32,000 nucleotides of DNA. It comes from Acidothermus cellulolyticus 11B (GTDB taxonomy: Bacteria; Actinomycetota; Actinomycetes; Acidothermales; Acidothermaceae). The position numbers and the translations under genes are program-made. Where the stretch lies: positions 450,001-482,000 of the forward strand of contig NC_008578.1 in assembly GCF_000015025.1 (NCBI RefSeq), read 5' to 3'. The notes beneath the pieces were generated by a model. That model was not told where the DNA came from. It ran no database searches and was given only the letters and a program-made list of their open reading frames with translations. Numbering within the stretch: the first letter of the stretch is position 1; each line of letters begins with the position of its first letter. Positions 6,066 to 12,940 of this stretch are shown piece after piece.

Positions 6066-8675
6066 GTGCGCGTGCTTCACGTCACCTCGTCGTTCCCCCG
6101 ACATGATCAAGACTTCATAGCCCCGTTTTTACTCGACCTTATGCATGCGCAGCAGCAGGCCGGGATCGACGTGATGGTCGTCGCGCCACACGACGCCACG
6201 GTCAGTCAGTACGCCGCGGTGAGCCCGGACCCCCCGATCGGTCCGGACGCCACGGTGAGCCCGGACGCCGCGGCTGCGGCGGCTGCGCCCGCCCGGCCGA
6301 GCCCCAGCCCCGACACCCGCCCGGACCCCAGCCCCGACGCCCGCCCGCGCCCCAGCCCCGACGCCCGCCCGCCGGGCCGCCGCCCGGATACCCACGGCAC
6401 GGTCGCTGGCGTGCGGGTGCGCTGGTTCCACTACGCACCGGCCGGCCTCGAACGGCTCGCCTACCGTGGGGGACTCCTCGCCGCGGCACGGTCCCCGGCG
6501 GCGCTGCTCATTCCGCCGTTCCTGGCCGCGATGACCGCCGCGGTTCGCCGCGCGACCCGCGACTTCCAGCCGGACCTCATTCACGCCCACTGGTGGTTCC
6601 CCGCCGGTTTCTGCGCCCTCCCGGCCAGCCGCCGCTCCGGCCGGCCGCTCGTCATCACCGCGCACGGCTCGGACCTCCACCTCCTCCGCTTCCCGCCGCT
6701 GCGCCCGCTGGCCCGCGCCGTGCTCCGCCACGCCGCGCTCGCCACCGCCGGCAGCGCCGCCGCTTTTACGGGCGCGGGCGGCGGTGGTATCAGCTCGGCC
6801 GGCTCGGTGACCGTTTATCCCGGGTTGACCGGCCAGGCGCTCTCCAACGTCACGGTCAGCCTGCCGGACGCGAGCGGCGCCGGCTGGTCCGCTGGTGACT
6901 TTCTCACCTTCACGTTGACCAGCGCCGCGGCTAGCACGCCCCACGTCTGCCAGACGTCGAGCAACCTCAACGAGTCGGCCTCGCTGGCGGCTCCGACGGT
7001 GACCGCGGCGAATAGCGGCACGTCGGCGGCGTTCACCGGGTTCACCGTGACCCAGGGGTCGAGTAGCACGTGCAATGTCAAGGACTCTTTTACAATCGCT
7101 TTGACCAGTGGCGCGCCCAGTGACACGAATAACACGGTGTTCACGATTTCGGGTTTGTCGTTGACCCTGGGCTCGGCCATCGCTCCGGGCACGCCTGTGT
7201 ACGTGTACGTGACGGCGAGCAACGGCACGCCGTTCGGAGCAGGCACCGTCGATGCCGCCGCGCAGGTGGCGACGGTGTCGGACGTGTCGGTGAGCACGAG
7301 CGTGGTCGGTGCGACGCCCGGCGCGACGGTAGCGATTAATCCAATCGTGGTCACCGACTACGCTCGCGGCACCATCAACACGCAGATTCAGTTCAAGCTC
7401 GCGACTTCCGGTGTCACTGACAAATTCGCGACGGCGGGCACGTTGACCGCGCCGTCCGGGGTGACTTTCACCGGGCCGAGTGAGACGCTGCCATCGAGCA
7501 CGCTGACGTATAAGATTACTGGTTCGGTTCCGGCGGGTGGCAAGTTCACCCTGACCGGCGCCACCGTCACAGTGGACGCCACACAGCCCGCCACCCTAGC
7601 TGATCACGTGGTGCAGGTATGGACCGGTTCGACGCTCGGTCAGGTGGGTCCGAACGCGAATGTCGTGGTCGTCGCGAACACGTCGCGTACCTACGCCGGT
7701 GTTGACCGGTACGCTACGTCGGCCGCTTTGTTCGCCGCCAACCACAACAGCTACGCGGTGGTCGCGAGTGGGATGAGCTACGCGGACGGGCTGTCGGCTG
7801 ATGTGCTGGCTGCGCATCTGGGTACCGGTGTGTTGTTGACGGATCCGAATTCGTTGCCGGACTCGACTCGGCAAGCGCTGATCAACAATGGTGTTGCGAT
7901 CGTGTACATCGTGGGTGGCACGTCGGCGGTGAGCGCGAATGTGGAGTCGCAGATCGCCGCGCTGCACGTGTCGAACAACCCGGCCAACCCGTTGATCACC
8001 GTGTATCGGATCGCCGGCAGTGACCGGTACCAGACCAACATGCAGGTCAACCTCACGGCTGGTCCGACCGGCGGCCGGGCGATTATCGCGACGGGCACGA
8101 ATTTCGCGGACGCCCTGGCGGTGAGCCCGGAGGTCTACTCCCAGCACTACGCGCTGGTTCTCACCGACCCGAATTCGTTGAGCTCGACCGCGCAGAGCAC
8201 GCTGACGGACCTGGGTATCACGAATGTGATCATCGTGGGTGGCACGTCGGCGGTGTCGGCGAATGTCGAGTCGCAGTTGAAGAGCGATGGGTTCACGGTG
8301 CTGTACCGGATCGCCGGTGCGGATCGGACCGGGACCGCGGCGCAGATCGCGATCTGGGCGACCGCTGGACTGTCGGCGGCCAACGGGTACAACGCGCTGG
8401 ACACTGGCGGCCTGGCAACGTTCAAGGGCGCTGCCAATATGGCCACGGTTGAGTTGACGCGTGGGGATGCGTTCCCCGACGCTCTGTCCGCCGGCCCGGC
8501 GGTTGGGAACGCGGGTCACGTGCTGCTGCTCACCGCTAACCCGACCACGCTCGGGTCTGGCGCCGGCCAGTACCTGGGCGGCAAGGCGCGCACTGTGACC
8601 ACCTTCGACGCGATCGGCTACTCGGCGGCGGTCAGCCCGTCGGTGCTCACCGCGGCGATCGCGGCGCTCGGCTAA
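6066..8675 (+). CDS. Chimeric ORF joining a GT4 N-terminal domain only to a Ser/Thr/Ala-rich S-layer-like region and three C-terminal CWB2 cell-wall-binding repeats. It may be a fusion or pseudogene, or a surface-protein gene with an unrecognised internal start.
   Basis: Residues 1 to about 225 (MRVLHVTSSFPRH..., IHAHWWFPAGF, ITAHGSDLH) match a Glyco_trans_4 N-domain, but no C-terminal EX7E Rossmann domain follows. From about nt 6750 the sequence changes to T/S/A/G/V-rich beta-type sequence. Three DRY/DR-containing CWB2 units then follow. It is a single uninterrupted frame. Confidence 0.6.
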   Translation: MRVLHVTSSFPRHDQDFIAPFLLDLMHAQQQAGIDVMVVAPHDATVSQYAAVSPDPPIGPDATVSPDAAAAAAAPARPSPSPDTRPDPSPDARPRPSPDARPPGRRPDTHGTVAGVRVRWFHYAPAGLERLAYRGGLLAAARSPAALLIPPFLAAMTAAVRRATRDFQPDLIHAHWWFPAGFCALPASRRSGRPLVITAHGSDLHLLRFPPLRPLARAVLRHAALATAGSAAAFTGAGGGGISSAGSVTVYPGLTGQALSNVTVSLPDASGAGWSAGDFLTFTLTSAAASTPHVCQTSSNLNESASLAAPTVTAANSGTSAAFTGFTVTQGSSSTCNVKDSFTIALTSGAPSDTNNTVFTISGLSLTLGSAIAPGTPVYVYVTASNGTPFGAGTVDAAAQVATVSDVSVSTSVVGATPGATVAINPIVVTDYARGTINTQIQFKLATSGVTDKFATAGTLTAPSGVTFTGPSETLPSSTLTYKITGSVPAGGKFTLTGATVTVDATQPATLADHVVQVWTGSTLGQVGPNANVVVVANTSRTYAGVDRYATSAALFAANHNSYAVVASGMSYADGLSADVLAAHLGTGVLLTDPNSLPDSTRQALINNGVAIVYIVGGTSAVSANVESQIAALHVSNNPANPLITVYRIAGSDRYQTNMQVNLTAGPTGGRAIIATGTNFADALAVSPEVYSQHYALVLTDPNSLSSTAQSTLTDLGITNVIIVGGTSAVSANVESQLKSDGFTVLYRIAGADRTGTAAQIAIWATAGLSAANGYNALDTGGLATFKGAANMATVELTRGDAFPDALSAGPAVGNAGHVLLLTANPTTLGSGAGQYLGGKARTVTTFDAIGYSAAVSPSVLTAAIAALG
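6302..6373 (+). repeat. Three tandem 24-nt coding repeats (CCCCAGCCCCGACRCCCGCCCGNN) encoding P-S-P-D-x-R-P inside the GT4 N-domain
   Basis: Units lie at 6302-6325, 6326-6349 and 6350-6373. They translate as PSPDTRPD/PSPDARPR/PSPDARPP. Related VSPD repeats precede them at about 6195-6270. Confidence 0.85.
7692..8672 (+). other. Triplet of CWB2 (putative cell wall binding repeat 2, PF04122-like) domains at the C-terminus of the 6066-8675 ORF
   Basis: Units start at 7692 (YAGVDRYATSAA), 8004 (YRIAGSDRYQTN) and 8304 (YRIAGADRTGTA). Each has (F/Y)ADAL/DGLSA, a LLT(D/A)PN stretch and IVGG(T)SAVS. A 48-nt stretch encoding IVGGTSAVSANVESQ is nearly identical at 7908-7955 and 8232-8279. Confidence 0.75.
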
Positions 8676-8708
8676 CCGCTGAGACCCACGCCAAAACGCA
8701 CGAACCAC

Positions 8709-8738
8709 GTGGGCCCGGGGCAACCGCCCCGGGCCCAC
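8709..8738. terminator. Intrinsic terminator hairpin between convergent genes
   Basis: A 12-bp perfect GC-rich stem, GTGGGCCCGGGG / CCCCGGGCCCAC, has the 6-nt loop CAACCG. It is followed by CGGTTTTAT on the plus strand and preceded by a GCGTTTTGG complement usable on the minus strand. Confidence 0.7.
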
Positions 8739-8753
8739 CGGTTTTATCTGGGC

Positions 8754-8787
8754 GGTTTTGGGGTGACGCTGGCGTCCCCCCAAAACC
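8754..8787. terminator. Second hairpin in the convergent intergenic region, a possible terminator for the minus-strand dehydrogenase gene
   Basis: GGTTTTGGGG pairs with CCCCAAAACC. An inner GACGC-TG-GCGTC stem extends the helix. U/A-rich stem ends occur on both strands. Confidence 0.5.
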
Positions 8788-8806
8788 ACATCCCAACCGC
8801 CGGCTC

Positions 8807-9811
8807 TCACCCCGCCGGGATGAGAGCTACCTTCGCTCGGGAACCGCTGCCTTCGCGGAGTGCCGCGAAGGCAGCCGCATACGCCTGGAGCGGGAATCGG
8901 TGTGTCACAAGGAAACCCAGATCCACGCTGCCCGCGTTGAGGAGGTCGACGACCCGGCGCCACGCCGTCCGCGTGTAACCAAAACTTCCAGCGATGGTGA
9001 GATCGCCGTTGACGACGTCGTCCACCGGCAACTCCGCACCCGGCGGGCCACCCAGGTAGCCAAGGAGAAGCACCACCCCGCCGCGGCGCACCGCGGCGAA
9101 CGCCGTCCGCACCGCCGCCGCACTCCCGGCCGCCTCGACCACGAGATCAAAATGACCCGCCGGCACAGCCTCGGTATCCACCGTGAACTGATCCGCACCA
9201 GCGCTGGCGGCCAGCCCGGCCTGCTCGGTCCGCCGGCCAAGGAGGGTCACCTCACTGGGCGACCACAGGTGCGCCAACCGTGCCGCCAGCAAGCCGATCG
9301 TCCCATCGCCGATCACTAACACCCGCCATCCCGGAACAGGCGAGACCCGGCTCAGCCCGGTGAAGACCACCGACGCCGGTTCGGTGAGCACGGCCGACTC
9401 CTCGGAGACTTGAGGCGCTAGCGGATGCACGAGATGCGCCGGCGCACGCACCAGCTCCGCCGCAGCGCCGTAACGGGTGAACCCCAGCTCGTCGTAGGTG
9501 TCGCATCGATTTGTTGCGCCGGCCGCGCAGGCGGTGCATCTACCGCACGGCACGATCCCCTCCACGACGACCCGCGTACCGGCGGCCAGGCCACCGCGTC
9601 CCGGTTCGGCCACCACACCCGTCCACTCGTGACCGAGCACCATCGGGTAGCGGATGAAGAGGGGATCCACCCGACCGTCGACGATGTCCACATCCGTTCC
9701 GCAGATGCCGACGAGGGTCGGACGCACCAGCACCTCCTCGGCGCCAGGCACGGGGTCGGCCACCTCGGCGAGCTCGATCGCTCCGGGTTCGCGGACCAAC
9801 AGAGCGCGCAT
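8807..9811 (-). CDS. Zinc-dependent medium-chain alcohol/polyol dehydrogenase (sorbitol/threonine dehydrogenase-like)
   Basis: Motifs are GICGTDVD, GHEWTGVV, a structural-zinc Cys cluster CGRCTACAAGATNRC, and the Rossmann motif VIGDGTIGLL. The preferred start is ATG 9811, preceded by GAGGTG. The listed ORF start at 9832 would overlap the IclR gene. Confidence 0.85.
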   Translation of the reverse strand: MRALLVREPGAIELAEVADPVPGAEEVLVRPTLVGICGTDVDIVDGRVDPLFIRYPMVLGHEWTGVVAEPGRGGLAAGTRVVVEGIVPCGRCTACAAGATNRCDTYDELGFTRYGAAAELVRAPAHLVHPLAPQVSEESAVLTEPASVVFTGLSRVSPVPGWRVLVIGDGTIGLLAARLAHLWSPSEVTLLGRRTEQAGLAASAGADQFTVDTEAVPAGHFDLVVEAAGSAAAVRTAFAAVRRGGVVLLLGYLGGPPGAELPVDDVVNGDLTIAGSFGYTRTAWRRVVDLLNAGSVDLGFLVTHRFPLQAYAAAFAALREGSGSRAKVALIPAG

Positions 9812-9813
9812 GG

Positions 9814-10629
9814 TCACCTCGCGTGTTCCCACTCGGCCGGCAGCGTGCCGCCGAGCACCTTCGTCAGCTGTTCCGCTCCGAGCCGCACCACGTCGCCTAG
9901 CTCCTGCAGCCGCCAGGTCGGCACCCCAACCTTCACCCCGGTCGCCGAGAGCGCGCCTCCGCAGCGCCCTCGATGGTCGAAGAACGGTGCAGCGACACAG
10001 AAAACACCGTCGACGTCCTCCTCGTCATCGATCGCGTAGCCCCGGCGCCGTGTCATCGCCAAGTCGTGCAGCAGGGTGGGGACGTCGCAAATGCTCTTGG
10101 CCGTGCGGCGCGGCAGACCGCACTCCTCGGCAATCCGCCGGACCTCTGCATCCGTCAGGGTGGCCAGAATCGCCTTCCCGGCGGCGGAGGTGTGCGGCAG
10201 TTCGCGCACCCCCAGCGGGGCGTGAAACCGCACCGCATCCAACGCGTCAATCCGCTCGACGAAGACGGGATAACCGTCGTCCGCAATCGCCAAGCGGATG
10301 GTGAGCCGGGTCTCCTCGCTGAGCTTGCGGAGAATCGGCGCCGCCATCTCGGTCAGCGGAAACTGCCGCGCCGCGACATCCCCCAGGTGCACCAACACGA
10401 TTCCCAACGTGTACCGGGGGCCCGGTTCGATGGCGCGCAGATAACCAGCGTCGACCAACGTCCGGACCAGACTGTGCGTGGCGCTCTTCGACAGACCGCA
10501 GGCGTGGGCCAGCTCGCTCAGGGTGGACCCTTGCGCCGACCCCTGTGCCACGGTTGACACGATCTGCAGCGCACGCCACACGCTCCCCACCCGGTAGCGG
10601 GCGGTGTCATCGGTGTTCGGCATGGACAT
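9814..10629 (-). CDS. IclR-family transcriptional regulator
   Basis: The N-terminus has a winged HTH (LSELAHACGLSKSATHSLVRTL). The C-terminus has an IclR effector domain (GVFCVAAPFFD). The stop lies 2 nt before the dehydrogenase start, so the two genes probably form one operon. Confidence 0.85.
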   Translation of the reverse strand: MSMPNTDDTARYRVGSVWRALQIVSTVAQGSAQGSTLSELAHACGLSKSATHSLVRTLVDAGYLRAIEPGPRYTLGIVLVHLGDVAARQFPLTEMAAPILRKLSEETRLTIRLAIADDGYPVFVERIDALDAVRFHAPLGVRELPHTSAAGKAILATLTDAEVRRIAEECGLPRRTAKSICDVPTLLHDLAMTRRRGYAIDDEEDVDGVFCVAAPFFDHRGRCGGALSATGVKVGVPTWRLQELGDVVRLGAEQLTKVLGGTLPAEWEHAR

Positions 10630-10738
10630 ATCGTATGCGGTATCGCACGACAGATGTGGGTCGCCGTCCCGTTACCGATTCGTAGCCGAGAGAAAGCCCG
10701 TAGCTGCTTGACGAGCCGAGCGTCGTCTGCTTCGCTAA

Positions 10739-10752
10739 CAATTACGTAATTG
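10739..10752. promoter_or_regulatory. Perfect 14-bp palindrome CAATTACGTAATTG in the IclR/M24 divergent intergenic region, a candidate IclR operator
   Basis: It sits in an AT-enriched stretch 30 nt upstream of the 10782 start. An adjacent CCGAA-N5-TTCGG inverted repeat lies at 10753-10767. Confidence 0.4.
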
Positions 10753-10781
10753 CCGAACTGCATTCGGTATTACAGAACGGA

Positions 10782-11966
10782 GTGGTATTGGACGTCAACC
10801 GGGCAACCGCGGCCGCCGCCCGGCTCGCCGCGCTGCGAGAGCACGTCGGAGTTCCGGGCATCGTGCTCACCACCCCGGGCAACGTTGCCTGGCTCACCGG
10901 CGGTGCCAACACGCCCATCGACCGCGGCGCAACCACCGACGTCATCTGGGCGGTCGCGACCCCGGACCACATAGCGATCATCACAACCGAGGTTGAAGCG
11001 CCCCGATTGGCCGATGAAGCGGCATTCGGTTCCCTCGGTTGGCCTATCCACGCGGTGCCGTGGTGGGAGCCCGCCATGTTCGTCGCCAAGGCCGAAGCGA
11101 TTGCCGGCGTTCATGCGGACCGCCTCGCCGCCGACGGGCACCCTGCCTTCGGACTCGACCTCGCCGTCCACCTCGTGCGCACCCGCATGGCCCTCACACC
11201 GCCCGACGTCGCGGCCCTTGCCCGGCTGGGCACAGACGCCGCCGCAGCCGTCAGCGCCGCGCTTCGCGCCTGGCAACCCGGGGACACCGACCGTACGATC
11301 GCCGCTCGGATCGCCGCGGATCTCGAAGAGGTCGGGGCATTTCCCACCGTTCTCCTCGTCGGCGGCGACGACCGCCTCCAGCGCTACCGGCACCCGGTCA
11401 CCGTTGGTGCTCCGCTCCACGACGTCGTCATGACCGTGCTCGTAGCGGTCCGCGGCGGCCTTCACGTCGCCCTCACCCGCTACGCCGCCCGCACCCCGCC
11501 GCCCACCGAGTGGCGGGACCGGCTCAACGCCGTCCGGCGGATCCACCGGGCTGTCCTCGACGCCTGCTGGCCCGGACGCACGGTCGGTGCGGCCCTCCAA
11601 GCCCTTGCCGCGGCCTACGCGGCCGAGGGCGCCCCCGACGCCTGGCGCCAGCACTACCAAGGCGGGCCGATCGCCTACGCGCAGCGGGAGTACGAACTCG
11701 CCCCGGTGCAGACCACGGACCAGTGGTGGAGTCACGTCCTCACCTCCGACACGGCGGTGGCGTGGAATCCCAGCCTCCCCGGCGGTGCGAAGGACGAAGA
11801 CACCTACCTCATCACCCCCGCCGGACCCCGCCTCCTCACCACCTGCACGGAATGGCCCATGACCAACGACGACGTGCCGCGACCCGACGTCTGGGTCATC
11901 GACGGCACCCCGCCGAGCGGCGAGCGACAGCAACAGCCGTTGCCCATCGGCACGTCGCCGCCGTGA
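10782..11966 (+). CDS. M24-fold (creatinase/Xaa-Pro peptidase-like) protein with an apparently degenerate metal site
   Basis: The N-terminal domain is creatinase-like (RLAALREHVGVPGIVLTTPGNVAWLTGG). A pita-bread C-domain is recognisable, but the canonical D, D, HxxGH and E ligand positions appear substituted (TVLVAV, VALTRY, HYQGG, WNPS). The start could be GTG 10782 or TTG 10788. Confidence 0.7.
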   Translation: MVLDVNRATAAAARLAALREHVGVPGIVLTTPGNVAWLTGGANTPIDRGATTDVIWAVATPDHIAIITTEVEAPRLADEAAFGSLGWPIHAVPWWEPAMFVAKAEAIAGVHADRLAADGHPAFGLDLAVHLVRTRMALTPPDVAALARLGTDAAAAVSAALRAWQPGDTDRTIAARIAADLEEVGAFPTVLLVGGDDRLQRYRHPVTVGAPLHDVVMTVLVAVRGGLHVALTRYAARTPPPTEWRDRLNAVRRIHRAVLDACWPGRTVGAALQALAAAYAAEGAPDAWRQHYQGGPIAYAQREYELAPVQTTDQWWSHVLTSDTAVAWNPSLPGGAKDEDTYLITPAGPRLLTTCTEWPMTNDDVPRPDVWVIDGTPPSGERQQQPLPIGTSPP

Positions 11967-12019
11967 CCACCCCACCACGGAGCACGCCGCGCCCTCTCAC
12001 CCGTACGGAAGGACACACC

Positions 12020-12940
12020 ATGCGAGCTGATGCACTGCTCCGGGCGGCAAACATCCCCGCCGAGTCGGGGATTGCGCCGAGCAGCAAGAAATTCCCAGAC
12101 GGCGCCGATTTCCGCATCGAAATTCCCTCCGTCGAAGGCCCGGCGGTGCTGGCCGCCGTCATCGACGAAGCCGAGCGTCGCGGCGTCGTCGTCAACCGTG
12201 TCTCCCAGGGCAGCGGTGCGATGCTCCTGACCGAAGCCGAGCTGCGTGATATGGCCGCCATCGGCCGTGACGCCGGACTGGAAATTTCCCTCTTCGTCGG
12301 ACCGCGCGAAGAATGGGGAATCGGCGCCCAGTCCCGCGGCGTCGACGGAGCCGCGCTCAGCGGATCCATTCGCGGACTGCGGCAATTGCGGTATGCGGTC
12401 GAAGACGTGCTCCGCGCCGTGGAGTGCGGCATCCGCGGATTCCTTGTCGCCGATCCCGGGCTGCAGCGGTTTCTCTCCCGGGCGCAAGACGCCGGCGATA
12501 TTCCCGCCGATGTGGTCTGGAAGACGTCAGCGGTGAGCGCGCCGTCCAATCCACTGACCCTCCAACTTCTGGTGGACATCGGCGCCGACACCGTCAACCT
12601 GCCCACTGACCTGACGCTGGCCGAACTCGCCGAAATGCGTGCGGTAGCGGACATCCCGCTCGACCTGTATGTCGAATCGCCGGATGCGATGGGCGGTGTG
12701 GTGCGCGGGGAACAACTCGCCGACCTGGTGAGCGTCGCCGCACCGCTGTACGCCAAATTCGGGTTACGCAATTCCCGTCCGCTCTATCCCTCGGGGCTCC
12801 ACCTGCAAGATGACGCGGCCGTCATCGCCAGGGAGAAAGTACGCCGCGCGCAACTCGCCTTGGAATGGCTGGAGCGTACCGGCTCCCACGCGATCCAGTC
12901 GAAACCCGGCGCCCTCGGTTTGGGAATCCCGGTGCCATGA
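12020..12940 (+). CDS. Hypothetical protein of 306 aa with a predicted alpha/beta (TIM-barrel-like) pattern
   Basis: ATG at 12020 is preceded by GGAAGGA at 12007-12013. The upstream part of the listed 11039-12940 ORF is Arg/Pro-rich out-of-frame overlap with the M24 gene. The stop overlaps the next start (ATGA at 12937-12940). I recognise no confident family. Confidence 0.65.
   Translation: MRADALLRAANIPAESGIAPSSKKFPDGADFRIEIPSVEGPAVLAAVIDEAERRGVVVNRVSQGSGAMLLTEAELRDMAAIGRDAGLEISLFVGPREEWGIGAQSRGVDGAALSGSIRGLRQLRYAVEDVLRAVECGIRGFLVADPGLQRFLSRAQDAGDIPADVVWKTSAVSAPSNPLTLQLLVDIGADTVNLPTDLTLAELAEMRAVADIPLDLYVESPDAMGGVVRGEQLADLVSVAAPLYAKFGLRNSRPLYPSGLHLQDDAAVIAREKVRRAQLALEWLERTGSHAIQSKPGALGLGIPVP

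Noticed and set aside
6720-6800. The internal GTG at 6720 as an independent start with a signal peptide for the CWB2 protein
   Set aside because: The candidate leader (VLRHAALATAGSAAAFTGAGG) is only weakly hydrophobic. No RBS precedes it, and the upstream frame runs through without a stop. I keep it as a possibility inside the chimeric-ORF finding and do not annotate it as a separate gene.
11039-12019. The N-terminal 327 codons of the listed 633-aa ORF 11039-12940
   Set aside because: This part is out-of-frame overlap with the M24 gene and is extremely Arg/Pro rich. A proper ATG with a GGAAGGA RBS at 12020 begins the sequence that looks like real protein.
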